From IMG/VR virus record IMGVR_UViG_2908572912_000004: a stretch of 29,731 nucleotides of DNA. The stretch is one strand, 5' to 3'. Positions 8,669-17,125 of this stretch are shown here, in pieces. The stretch is from a virus. Lineage: Duplodnaviria; Heunggongvirae; Uroviricota; Caudoviricetes. The notes beneath the pieces are model-generated. The model saw only the letters and a list, made by a program, of their open reading frames with translations. It did not search any database and had not been told where the DNA came from. Each line of letters begins with the position of its first letter. The first letter of the stretch is position 1. A program made the translations under genes and the position numbers.

Positions 8669-10009
8669 ATGATCAAAGAGACTGTTACGATGAGTCATAA
8701 GGAACTCCACCGACTTCAGATTATTCAGGAGTCAATTAATCGACATATTACTCAGGAACAAGCTGCGGCACGCATTGGCATTTCTATTCGGCAGGTTAAA
8801 CGTCTGGTGCAACGGTATAGAAATGAAGGGCCTTCTGGTCTGGTTTCCCACCGACGTGGAAAGCGTCCTAATAATTCCTTTTCTACTGAATTCAGAGCAA
8901 CAGTAATTTCACTCCTCAAAGGCCGTTACGCTGATTTTGGACCTACGTTTGCGTGCGAAAAATTGCGCGAGATACACGGTTTATCTTTATCCGTTGAAAC
9001 TCTCAGAAAGTGGATGATAGAAGAGGGGTTATGGCGTGAACGCCGTCGTAAAATTGCCCGTATATATCAACGCCGCATGCGACGACCATCTTACGGTGAA
9101 CTGATCCAGATTGATGGCTCACCTCATGACTGGTTTGAAAATCGAGGCCCCAGATGTACACTGATCGTTTTCATTGATGATGCCACCAGTGCGTTGATGG
9201 CGTTGCGTTTTGTGCCTGCTGAAACAACCCGGGCTTACATGGAAACCCTCCGGGGTTACCTTAATGATCATGGCGTACCGCTCGCTCTCTACTCTGATAG
9301 ACACAGTATATTCAGGGTAAATAACCCAGAGCGGGAAGGTGAGCTGACCCAGTTCACTCGTGCGATAAAGACACTGGGCATCGAGCCAATCCATGCCAAC
9401 AGCCCGCAGGCAAAAGGGCGGGTAGAGCGCGCCAATCAGACACTACAGGACAGGCTGGTCAAAGAAATGCGGCTTCAGAATATCAGTGATATTGAAACAG
9501 CAAATGCATGGTTGCCGACCTTTATTGAAGCCTATAACAACCGGTTCGCTACGTCGCCTCGTACTACTGATAATGCTCATCTTGATGTGCACCATTCTGA
9601 AGAGGAACTGGGTTATATCTTCAGCCTACAGGCGAAGCGCGTTCTGTCTAAAAATCTCACTTTCCAGTACAAAAGCAGTGCGTTTCAGGTACGCAGTGAG
9701 GGCCGGGGATATCGACTTAGGCATTCGGTTGTTACTGTATGTGAGAACTTTGACGGTGAAATTAACGTTCTGTATGACGGGAAAGCGCTGGGCTGGGAAA
9801 AGTATGTTGATGGCCCGGAGCCTATACCACTGGATGATGAAAAGAGTGTCCATGAACGAGTGGATAATGCCCGTATTGATTTACGCTCAAAATACTATGT
9901 TAAATCTAAAGCTGACCATCCCTGGCTTACGCGCCGAACGCAAAGTCATCAGCAAGTTAAGCCCCCGAAGTTACCTAAAAAGAAGCCTGATCCCGATAAA
10001 ATAGATTGA
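8669..10009 (+). CDS. DDE transposase with N-terminal HTH and integrase-core (rve-like) domain (IS481/ISNCY-like)
   Basis: 446-aa ORF; N-terminal HTH (AARIGISIRQVKRLVQRY); D...D...E-type core segments (IQIDGSPHDW, VFIDDATS, HANSPQAKGRVERANQTLQD). Family call by recall only. Confidence 0.85.
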   Translation: MIKETVTMSHKELHRLQIIQESINRHITQEQAAARIGISIRQVKRLVQRYRNEGPSGLVSHRRGKRPNNSFSTEFRATVISLLKGRYADFGPTFACEKLREIHGLSLSVETLRKWMIEEGLWRERRRKIARIYQRRMRRPSYGELIQIDGSPHDWFENRGPRCTLIVFIDDATSALMALRFVPAETTRAYMETLRGYLNDHGVPLALYSDRHSIFRVNNPEREGELTQFTRAIKTLGIEPIHANSPQAKGRVERANQTLQDRLVKEMRLQNISDIETANAWLPTFIEAYNNRFATSPRTTDNAHLDVHHSEEELGYIFSLQAKRVLSKNLTFQYKSSAFQVRSEGRGYRLRHSVVTVCENFDGEINVLYDGKALGWEKYVDGPEPIPLDDEKSVHERVDNARIDLRSKYYVKSKADHPWLTRRTQSHQQVKPPKLPKKKPDPDKID

Positions 10010-10403
10010 AACCAAGATCGATTCGGTTGAGTGCATATCCATTCATAGGGTAGATTCTTAAGTCGCGTTTCTGGTGTTCATTTTCGGGTGGTTTGTTACT
10101 TGTTTTACCGGGGATATGCCAGAAACGCGCTGAGTCAGTCTGGGCGGTGCGCGTAATGAGGCGTTATGGTAAATAGCCTATGCTAATGTCCGCTAAGAGC
10201 AAGAAGCGGAAGTTGGCAGTTTTGTGGACTGTCCCCACAAAAGTGACTACAGAAATAGTTGCAATTCATAATTGATCATGGGTTGTCAGTTAAACTCGTG
10301 GCGATTTAAATAGACTAATTGGGAGTGCGTCCATTACTTATATCTTGTAATGTTAACTATCAGAAATGATACAAAGATAATATGTCTTTAAAGAAAAGGC
10401 TGA

Positions 10404-10431
10404 TGGCGAAAAGTGGCCCGATGAGGGCCAC
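10404..10431 (-). terminator. Intrinsic terminator downstream of flxA
   Basis: Inverted repeat GTGGCCC-gatga-GGGCCAC with an adjacent plus-strand A-run (T-run on the minus strand), about 15 nt beyond the flxA stop. Confidence 0.55.
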
Positions 10432-10445
10432 AATACGGCTGTCAC

Positions 10446-10778
10446 TTAGACGTAAATATCAATGGTGCCAGCGGTATTTGTATCGTCTTTTTTCTCTTCT
10501 TTTTTATCAGGCTGAACTGTCGCGTCTTTATTCTTTTTCTCTGCCTGCTGCCTTAACAACTGCTCCAGTTGAGCCCTGAGGCTTTCAATTTGCTTCTGTA
10601 CCAATGCAGCCATTTCTTTTTTCTGCTGTGTCGTCATCCCCTCTTCCGATGAGATTTTCCCAAGCTTTTCAGTCAGCACCTGAATTTGTCTTGTGATTTT
10701 GGCTATTTCTGATGTTCCTTCCGGGGCGGAGTTGTTTGAAATAACGGTTGAGGTATTTCCCTGAATTGTGACAGACAT
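10446..10778 (-). CDS. flxA: FlxA (FliA-regulated prophage protein), 110 aa
   Basis: Sequence MSVTIQGNTSTVISNNSAPEGTSEIAKITRQIQVLTEKLGK... recognised as FlxA; coiled-coil-like Q/E/K-rich region; SD AAGGAG upstream. Confidence 0.85.
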   Translation of the reverse strand: MSVTIQGNTSTVISNNSAPEGTSEIAKITRQIQVLTEKLGKISSEEGMTTQQKKEMAALVQKQIESLRAQLEQLLRQQAEKKNKDATVQPDKKEEKKDDTNTAGTIDIYV

Positions 10779-10801
10779 AGATTTCTCCTTTTAAAAAAGC
10801 A

Positions 10802-10828
10802 CTATCGGCATGCACAAAAAAATCTTTA
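10802..10828 (-). promoter_or_regulatory. Sigma-28 (FliA) promoter for flxA
   Basis: Minus strand reads TAAAGATT-N11-GCCGATAG, matching the sigma-28 consensus TAAAGTTT-N11-GCCGATAA at 14 of 16 positions, about 25 nt upstream of the flxA start. Confidence 0.7.
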
Positions 10829-10980
10829 ATCGTATTTCTTGTGTCATTAATTGTTTGATGTTCAGATTGTTTTCCTCGCGGGCTGGCGCGCCTCAGAAAG
10901 TAAAGCTTGTTGACAGGGGTAAACGTTCGGCAATAATTTTCTGCCGCATGCGGGTGTTGCATAAAACGTGCTACGTTCCT

Positions 10981-11286
10981 TTATCGACAGGTCAGGTCAC
11001 CGCTCACCCGCCGACGAGAAAGCAACACTGACATGCTAAAGCAAAAAATAGATGAATAAGTTGAGTTGTGCATATGTAGCCTGACCGTCACAAAGTATAT
11101 GGTGTCTGTACCAGTAAGATGATGGCCGGACTCTTTAAAAGCGAGCTGACCTGCACAATACAGGATGGACTTAGCAATGGCTGCTCCTGGCACAAAGCGG
11201 ACAGTGATCACCGTTCTTACGACTACTTTCTGACTTCCTTCGTGACTTGCCCTAAGCATGTTGTAGTGCGATACTTGTAATGACAT
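10981..11286 (-). CDS. ydfV: YdfV-like hypothetical ORF (101 aa)
   Basis: 101-aa ORF in the position and length of Qin ydfV; low-complexity, overlaps the relB promoter/operator on the opposite strand, so coding status is doubtful. Confidence 0.35.
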   Translation of the reverse strand: MSLQVSHYNMLRASHEGSQKVVVRTVITVRFVPGAAIAKSILYCAGQLAFKESGHHLTGTDTIYFVTVRLHMHNSTYSSIFCFSMSVLLSRRRVSGDLTCR

Positions 11287-11299
11287 TTGTAATTACAAG
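11274..11299 (+). promoter_or_regulatory. relBE operator (relO) within the relB promoter
   Basis: Inverted repeat CTTGTAAT (11274-11281) / ATTACAAG (11292-11299) with TTGTAAT repeated at 11287-11293, immediately upstream of the relB SD (GAGG) and ATG at 11311. Confidence 0.75.
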
Positions 11300-11310
11300 A
11301 GGTGTAAGAC

Positions 11311-11550
11311 ATGGGTAGCATTAACCTGCGTATTGACGATGAACTTAAAGCGCGTTCTTACGCCGCGCTTGAAAAAATGGGTGTAACTCCTTCTGAAGCG
11401 CTTCGTCTCATGCTCGAGTATATCGCTGACAATGAACGCTTGCCGTTCAAACAGACACTCCTGAGTGATGAAGATGCTGAACTTGTGGAGATAGTGAAAG
11501 AACGGCTTCGTAATCCTAAGCCAGTACGTGTGACGCTGGATGAACTCTGA
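11311..11550 (+). CDS. relB: RelB antitoxin (79 aa)
   Basis: MGSINLRIDDELKARSYAALEKMGVTPSEALRLMLEYIADNERLPFKQ... recognised as RelB; stop overlaps the relE start (ATGA). Confidence 0.9.
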   Translation: MGSINLRIDDELKARSYAALEKMGVTPSEALRLMLEYIADNERLPFKQTLLSDEDAELVEIVKERLRNPKPVRVTLDEL

Positions 11551-11837
11551 TGGCGTATTTTCTGGATTTTGACGAGCGGGCACTAAAGGAATGGCGAAAG
11601 CTGGGCTCGACGGTACGTGAACAGTTGAAAAAGAAGCTGGTTGAAGTACTTGAGTCACCCCGGATTGAAGCAAACAAGCTCCGTGGTATGCCTGATTGTT
11701 ACAAGATTAAGCTCCGGTCTTCAGGCTATCGCCTTGTATACCAGGTTATAGACGAGAAAGTTGTCGTTTTCGTGATTTCTGTTGGGAAAAGAGAACGCTC
11801 GGAAGTATATAGCGAGGCGGTCAAACGCATTCTCTGA
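11550..11837 (+). CDS. relE: RelE mRNA interferase toxin (95 aa)
   Basis: MAYFLDFDERALKEWRKLGSTVREQLKKKLVEVLESPRIEANKLRGMPDCYKIKLRSSGYRLVYQVIDEKVVVFVISVGKRERSEVY... recognised as RelE. Confidence 0.9.
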   Translation: MAYFLDFDERALKEWRKLGSTVREQLKKKLVEVLESPRIEANKLRGMPDCYKIKLRSSGYRLVYQVIDEKVVVFVISVGKRERSEVYSEAVKRIL

Positions 11838-11908
11838 ACCAAAGCATGACATCTCTGTTTCGCACCGAAGGTGACACTTCTGCTTTGCGTTGACAGGAGA
11901 AGCAGGCT

Positions 11909-12064
11909 ATGAAGCAGCAAAAGGCGATGTTAATCGCCCTGATCGTCATCTGTTTAACCGTCATAGTGACGGCACTGGTAACGAGGAAAGACCTCTGCGA
12001 GGTACGAATCCGAACCGGCCAGACGGAGGTCGCTGTCTTCACAGCTTACGAACCTGAGGAGTAA
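11909..12064 (+). CDS. hokD: HokD (RelF) Hok-family membrane toxin (51 aa)
   Basis: Not in the ORF track (below its length cut-off). ATG at 11909 encodes MKQQKAMLIALIVICLTVIVTALVTRKDLCEVRIRTGQTEVAVFTAYEPEE: single TM helix plus conserved Hok C-terminal domain; third gene of the relBE operon. Confidence 0.85.
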   Translation: MKQQKAMLIALIVICLTVIVTALVTRKDLCEVRIRTGQTEVAVFTAYEPEE

Positions 12065-12132
12065 GAGACCCGGCGGGGGAGAAATCCCTCGCCACCTCTG
12101 ATGTGGCAGGCATCCTCAACGCACCCGCACTT

Positions 12133-12159
12133 AACCCGCTTCGGCGGGTTTTTGTTTTT
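12133..12159 (+). terminator. Intrinsic terminator after the relB-relE-hokD operon
   Basis: AACCCGC-ttcg-GCGGGTT hairpin followed by TTTTGTTTTT. Confidence 0.75.
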
Positions 12160-12280
12160 ATTTTCAACGCGTTTGAAGTTCTGGACGGTGCCGGAATAGA
12201 ATCAAAAATACTTAAGTAGCGCGCAGGGATAAGAGGGATGGTCCCTTAAAGGGGAGAGCTAATTATCCGGAAGGATTCTG

Positions 12281-12532
12281 ATGATGAACATCGAAGAACT
12301 GCGTAAAATTTTTTGTGAAGATGGCCTCTATGCTGTGTGCGTTGAAAATGGAAATCTTGTTAGTCATTACCGCATTATGTGTTTGCGAAAGAATGGGGCT
12401 GCGTTAATTAATTTTGTGGATGCTCGGGTCACGGACGGATTTATCTTGCGCGAAGGTGAGTTTGTCACTTCATTACAGGCATTGAAAGAGATCGGAATAA
12501 AAGCTGGCTTTTCTGCTTTTTCAGGAGAATAA
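12281..12532 (+). CDS. rem: Rem-like small protein (83 aa)
   Basis: 83-aa ORF in the Qin rem position between hokD and ydfU; identity by length, position and recall. Confidence 0.7.
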   Translation: MMNIEELRKIFCEDGLYAVCVENGNLVSHYRIMCLRKNGAALINFVDARVTDGFILREGEFVTSLQALKEIGIKAGFSAFSGE

Positions 12533-12598
12533 ACTCATCTACAATCTTGCGCGGGGCTGAACTCCCGCTGAGTAACACCGTGCCACCGGAGAAAACCG

Positions 12599-12877
12599 AT
12601 GGCACGCAACGCAAAATATTACAATTCTGATAATTCGCCCGTTCTTGCCTGCACGCACGGGCGGTATTCTCACGCATTCAAGTCTGAATGGTTCCAGCAC
12701 CCTCCATGCACTGCAGAACAGGCCGAATGGCTGATTCATTCTTACCGCAGGCGCGGGTTCGAGGTTAAGAAAGCTCTCAGTCTCGACTATCGGCACTGGA
12801 TAATCTCTGTCAGGCTGCCTTATTCCGAACGCCCACCACGTGCGTCCCGCACTTTCCAGCAACGGATCTGGAGGTAA
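12599..12877 (+). CDS. Hypothetical nin-region protein (92 aa)
   Basis: ATG with SD GGAG 8 nt upstream; stop at 12875-12877 abuts the ydfU GTG start at 12879 (translational coupling). Function unknown. Confidence 0.5.
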   Translation: MARNAKYYNSDNSPVLACTHGRYSHAFKSEWFQHPPCTAEQAEWLIHSYRRRGFEVKKALSLDYRHWIISVRLPYSERPPRASRTFQQRIWR

Positions 12878-12878
12878 C

Positions 12879-13928
12879 GTGCGGGTATTACTTAGACCTG
12901 TTCTGGTGCCTGAGCTTGGGCTGGTGGTCCTTAAGCCGGGCCGTGAATCCATACAGATATTTCATAATCCTCGAGTGCTGGTGGAACCGGAACCAAAAAG
13001 CATGCGTAATCTGCCATCCGGAGTCGTTCCTGCCGTTCGCCAGCCGCTGGCGGAAGACAAAACATTGCTGCCGTTTTTTAGTAACGAACGGGTGATTCGT
13101 GCTGCTGGCGGCGTTGGCGCATTGTCCGACTGGCTATTACGTCATGTTACATCCTGCCAGTGGCCTAATGGCGATTACCATCACACTGAAACAGTCATTC
13201 ACCGTTATGGTACCGGCGCAATGGTGTTGTGCTGGCACTGCGACAACCAACTGCGTGACCAGACATCGGAATCACTGGAGCTGCTTGCTCAACAAAATCT
13301 GACAGCATGGGTGATTGACGTCATCCGTCACGCAATAAGCGGTACGCAGGAGCGGGAATTATCTTTGGCTGAATTATCCTGGTGGGCGGTCTGCAATCAG
13401 GTGGTGGATGCACTACCTGAGGCTGTATCGCGTCGTTCGCTGGGATTACCAGCGGAAAAAATCTGCTCGGTGTACCGCGAAAGCGACATCGTACCGGGAG
13501 AGCAGACCGCCACCAGCATATTGAAACAACGCACAAAAAATCTTGCACCGTTGCCTTACGCCCACCAGCAACAAAAATCACCACAGGAAAAGACGGTGGT
13601 AAGCATCACCGTTGATCCAGAGTCTCCGGAATCTTTCATGAAGCTGCCTAAACGTCGCCGCTGGGTTAAGGAGAAATACACACGTTGGGTTAAGACACAG
13701 CCGTGTGCTTGCTGCGGTATGCCAGCCGACGATCCGCATCATCTGATTGGTCACGGGCAGGGCGGAATGGGAACAAAAGCACATGATCTCTTTGTGTTGC
13801 CTTTGTGCAGAAAGCATCACAACGAGCTGCATACGGATACAGTGGCATTTGAAGATAAGTATGGCTCCCAACTGGAGCTGATATTTCGTTTTATCGATCG
13901 CGCGCTGGCAATTGGCGTACTGGCGTAA
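12879..13928 (+). CDS. ydfU: YdfU-like DUF968 protein with C-terminal Cys/His (HNH-like) motif
   Basis: GTG start at 12879 with SD GGAGG gives 349 aa (the track ORF extends upstream to 12840); C-terminal CACCG...DPHHLIGHGQGG...CRKHHNELH motif. Confidence 0.7.
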   Translation: MRVLLRPVLVPELGLVVLKPGRESIQIFHNPRVLVEPEPKSMRNLPSGVVPAVRQPLAEDKTLLPFFSNERVIRAAGGVGALSDWLLRHVTSCQWPNGDYHHTETVIHRYGTGAMVLCWHCDNQLRDQTSESLELLAQQNLTAWVIDVIRHAISGTQERELSLAELSWWAVCNQVVDALPEAVSRRSLGLPAEKICSVYRESDIVPGEQTATSILKQRTKNLAPLPYAHQQQKSPQEKTVVSITVDPESPESFMKLPKRRRWVKEKYTRWVKTQPCACCGMPADDPHHLIGHGQGGMGTKAHDLFVLPLCRKHHNELHTDTVAFEDKYGSQLELIFRFIDRALAIGVLA

Positions 13929-13941
13929 GTGGAGAACGAGC

Positions 13942-14694
13942 ATGAACCTTGAAGCCTTACCAAAATATTACTCCCCAAAATCTCCAAAATTGAGCGATGA
14001 CGCTCCAGCGACAGGCACCGGTTGTTTAACAATTACGGATGTAATGGCAGCGCAGGGGATGGTGCAGTCGAAAGCACCACTTGGGTTGGCCTTATTTCTG
14101 GCAAAAGTTGGTGTTCAGGACCCTCAGTTTGCGATTGAAGGCCTGCTAAATTACGCGATGGCACTGGATAACCCGACATTGAACAAATTGAGTGAAGAAA
14201 TCCGGTTACAGATTATTCCTTACCTCGTGAGTTTTGCCTTTGCTGATTACTCCAGGTCTGCGGCAAGTAAGGCTCGCTGTGAGCATTGTTCAGGTACGGG
14301 ATTTTATAATGTATTGCGCGAAGTGGTGAAACACTACAGACGCGGGGAATCTGTAATCAAGGAAGAATGGGTGAAGGAACTATGTCAGCATTGCCATGGT
14401 AAGGGCGAAGCCAGCACAGCGTGCAGAGGGTGTAAGGGTAAAGGGATTGTTCTGGATGAAAAAAGAACCCGGTTTCATGGCGTACCGGTATATAAGATTT
14501 GTGGGCGTTGTAATGGAAACCGGTTTAGTCGTTTACCGACCACGCTGGCACGACGTCATGTCCAGAAGCTGGTACCAGACCTGACCGATTATCAGTGGTA
14601 TAAGGGGTATGCGGACGTCATTGGTAAACTGGTAACAAAGTGCTGGCAGGAAGAAGCATACGCGGAAGCGCAATTGAGGAAGGTGACGAGATAA
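13942..14694 (+). CDS. quuQ: Late-gene antiterminator Q (250 aa)
   Basis: ATG at 13942 with SD GGAG 7 nt upstream; Cys-rich zinc-binding region (CEHCSGTG...CQHCHGKG...CRGCKGKG...CGRCNG); followed by a late promoter and terminator. Confidence 0.8.
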   Translation: MNLEALPKYYSPKSPKLSDDAPATGTGCLTITDVMAAQGMVQSKAPLGLALFLAKVGVQDPQFAIEGLLNYAMALDNPTLNKLSEEIRLQIIPYLVSFAFADYSRSAASKARCEHCSGTGFYNVLREVVKHYRRGESVIKEEWVKELCQHCHGKGEASTACRGCKGKGIVLDEKRTRFHGVPVYKICGRCNGNRFSRLPTTLARRHVQKLVPDLTDYQWYKGYADVIGKLVTKCWQEEAYAEAQLRKVTR

Positions 14695-14725
14695 ATGATT
14701 TTTGCTGAAGATGGCGACATGATGT

Positions 14726-14754
14726 TTGCATTCTTCAAAAAATATGGATAAAAT
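14726..14754 (+). promoter_or_regulatory. Late promoter pR'-like (sigma-70) downstream of Q
   Basis: TTGCAT (14726-14731), 17-bp spacer, TAAAAT (14749-14754); 32 nt after the Q stop codon; the expected qut region overlaps it. Confidence 0.65.
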
Positions 14755-14801
14755 TTTTTCAACGATGGGCTTTGTATACCCGACGTTAAGAAAAAGTAGA
14801 A

Positions 14802-14830
14802 AACCCGCTGATGAGCGGGTTTTGTGCTTT
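14802..14830 (+). terminator. tR'-like intrinsic terminator of the short late leader transcript
   Basis: AACCCGCT-gatg-AGCGGGTT hairpin followed by TTTGTGCTTT, about 45-70 nt downstream of the predicted pR' start. Confidence 0.75.
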
Positions 14831-15115
14831 AAATGGGGCAATGGTAATGTTGAATCTCATCCCGGGACTCATGTCTGTTAACTTATTATTTAGCTGGTGA
14901 CTTGGTTATTTGCCTGATGTTTAAAATGTTTTCTTCCAGTACAATGTCCCTAAACACAATGAGTCTGCTTATTATATTATTAGCAGAGCTATTACGGCCA
15001 AAGTACAGCATAAGCTTTTAAAGCCAATCAACCAGTCATCAAGACAGACGGGGTTATTCATAAAAACTCTCCATGTGTGATCCGATGGGGCCTGAAATTA
15101 AAGCTTTAATATAGC

Positions 15116-15328
15116 TCATGAAAGGTAAACATTGGCAGCTGAAGGGCCACGCAGACCATTTATCCGGCAAAATTCCACGCGTAATCCGGTGGTAATTTCT
15201 TCTGCATCGCGGAGATTGAGCGCTGAAACATGAAGCTGGACATCGATACGACCATCGGATGGGGTGATAAGACCCTTGCCGCTTTTGCCGTCAAAGGTTT
15301 TGACAATTCCTGTCATTTTACGGGACAA
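15116..15328 (-). CDS. cspF: Cold-shock protein paralog CspF (70 aa)
   Basis: [26 protein letters not shown]... CspA-family fold lacking the canonical RNP motifs, as in CspF/CspH; Qin position next to cspB. Confidence 0.85.
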
Positions 15329-15628
15329 AAAAATTCCTTAATACTGATAACTTGGCGCACTATACACACGTTCCTGAAGAAAGCTATAGTTTTTTGATGG
15401 GGTTGAAGATGGCTGGATGTCTAAAATAAACATTGCTTCATATGTTCAACTATGCGTTAATGATTGCGTCGGTTTGAAGAACAGACGATATACGAAGTAG
15501 TTTACTAAAGCAGTTCTCATTTCAGGTGTTATTCACTTATTCCTTCTTTGAGTCTCTCCAATTAAGTACGAAGTCGTTTCTGTTATGCAAACCATTTATG
15601 CCGAAAGGCTCAAGTTAAGGAATGTAGA

Positions 15629-15844
15629 ATGTCAAATAAAATGACTGGTTTAGTAAAATGGTTTAACGCTGATAAAGGTTTCGGCTTTATTTCTCCTGTT
15701 GATGGTAGTAAAGATGTGTTTGTGCATTTTTCTGCGATTCAGAATGATAATTATCGAACCTTATTTGAAGGTCAAAAGGTTAGCTTCTCTATAGAGAGTG
15801 GTGCTAAAGGTCCTGCAGCAGCAAATGTCATCATTACTGATTAA
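15629..15844 (+). CDS. cspB: Cold-shock protein CspB (71 aa)
   Basis: [51 protein letters not shown]... with RNP1/RNP2 motifs (KGFGFI, VFVHF); about 300-nt AT-rich 5' leader typical of cold-shock genes. Confidence 0.9.
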   Translation: MSNKMTGLVKWFNADKGFGFISPVDGSKDVFVHFSAIQNDNYRTLFEGQKVSFSIESGAKGPAAANVIITD

Positions 15845-16125
15845 AATTCATCGCTCGTCTGTATACGATAACGAAGAAGGCTGATGCCTGAGTAGAGATA
15901 CGGACAGAGTAGTGAATATTGGATCTCTTTAATAAAAAGTAAGGAGGTCCAATACATGAAACAATGGCTAGCATATTTGGCAAAATCTTAATCAGGAAAA
16001 GTATGCTAACCATTGTGGTGAAGTGCAGGTTTGCTGCATGAATAGTTTTACAGCAGAAGCTAACTGCTGGCATGGCAAAACAAAGTGCGTAAGTGGATGA
16101 CTCCCACAAAAAGCACCACAATCTC

Positions 16126-16148
16126 AAACCCGCTCAGGCGGGTTTTTT
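16126..16148 (+). terminator. Intrinsic terminator about 280 nt downstream of cspB
   Basis: AAACCCGC-tcag-GCGGGTTT hairpin followed by a T-run (to 16148). Confidence 0.7.
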
Positions 16149-16207
16149 ATTATCTGCTTTAAATATATTATTAAAATATAAAAAATACTTGTTACTAATA
16201 AAATCAA

Positions 16208-16378
16208 TCAGGCTACAGCTTTAAGATTTGTCTGGAATACTTTGTTGCAATGAGGGCAGATCAAAAGGGCACCTTTTTGTACTCTTGAAAAACTGTGTTC
16301 TGACTCTTGGGTGCAGTTTGGGCAGGAACATTTAACGAGATAATTACGGCGTGATTTTGAGTTTTTACGTTCTGACAT
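16208..16378 (-). CDS. Small zinc-ribbon protein (56 aa from internal Met)
   Basis: MSERKNSKSRRNYLVKCSCPNCTQESEHSFSRVQKGALLICPHCNKVFQTNLKAVA with two CxxC pairs; SD AGGA 7 nt upstream of the internal ATG. Confidence 0.5.
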   Translation of the reverse strand: MSERKNSKSRRNYLVKCSCPNCTQESEHSFSRVQKGALLICPHCNKVFQTNLKAVA

Positions 16379-16597
16379 AGGCTTTTCCTGTATAAATGGC
16401 CGTATACAGTACACTAAATATGAAAACATTTCTCGTATTATTATTTTATATATGACTTTCTTTCAAAATAATTACCCACATTTTTAATGTGTATGTTTTT
16501 TTAGCGCCGTTGAGAACAACGTGTGCTGTCAAAACTACCCCGTAGACTCCGATCTTTTCAAACATATTGCACCATCCGTGTACATCGGGGTGAGGAT

Positions 16598-16813
16598 ATG
16601 AAATCAATGGATAAGTTAACAACAGGTGTTGCCTATGGCACATCGGCGGGTAATGCTGGTTTCTGGGCATTGCAGTTACTCGATAAAGTAACTCCGTCAC
16701 AGTGGGCTGCAATCGGTGTGCTGGGTAGCCTGGTTTTTGGCCTGCTGACGTATCTGACAAATCTTTATTTCAAGATTAAAGAAGACAGGCGTAAGGCTGC
16801 GAGAGGAGAGTAA
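16598..16813 (+). CDS. essQ: Phage-21-type pinholin (class II holin S21-like), dual-start motif
   Basis: ATG at 16598 (SD GAGGA) gives the 71-aa [71 protein letters not shown]: two TM segments, Met-Lys-Ser-Met dual start, charged C-terminus. Confidence 0.85.
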   Translation: MKSMDKLTTGVAYGTSAGNAGFWALQLLDKVTPSQWAAIGVLGSLVFGLLTYLTNLYFKIKEDRRKAARGE

Positions 16814-16817
16814 TCCA

Positions 16818-17125
16818 ATGACTCAAGACTATGAACTGGTTGTGAAAGGAGTCCGTAATTTTGAGAATAAAGTTACGGTAACTGTAGCCTTACAGGACAA
16901 AGAACGCTTTGACGGTGAAATTTTTGACCTGGATGTCGCCATGGACCGTGTTGAAGGAGCTGCGCTGGAGTTTTATGAGGCAGCAGCCAGAAGGAGCGTC
17001 CGGCAAGTCTTCCTGGAAGTAGCAGAAAAATTGTCAGAAAAAGTTGAGTCTTATCTGCAGCATCAGTACTCCTTTAAGATTGAAAATCCTGCCAATAAGC
17101 ACGAGCGTCCTCATCATAAATATCT

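Noticed and set aside
8609-10351. Direct 8-bp repeat TGTAATGT on both sides of the transposase gene as a possible target-site duplication
   Set aside because: An 8-mer match within about 400 bp of flanks has a high chance probability, and no inverted repeats lie immediately inside the two copies; not accepted as IS boundaries.
10382-10579. Plus-strand 65-aa ORF overlapping the flxA 3' end and terminator
   Set aside because: Antisense to flxA and across its terminator hairpin; no SD; rejected as a shadow ORF.
15834-16127. Minus-strand 97-aa ORF between cspB and its distal terminator
   Set aside because: TTG start, no SD, hydrophobic junk sequence, overlaps the structured plus-strand region and terminator; likely non-coding.
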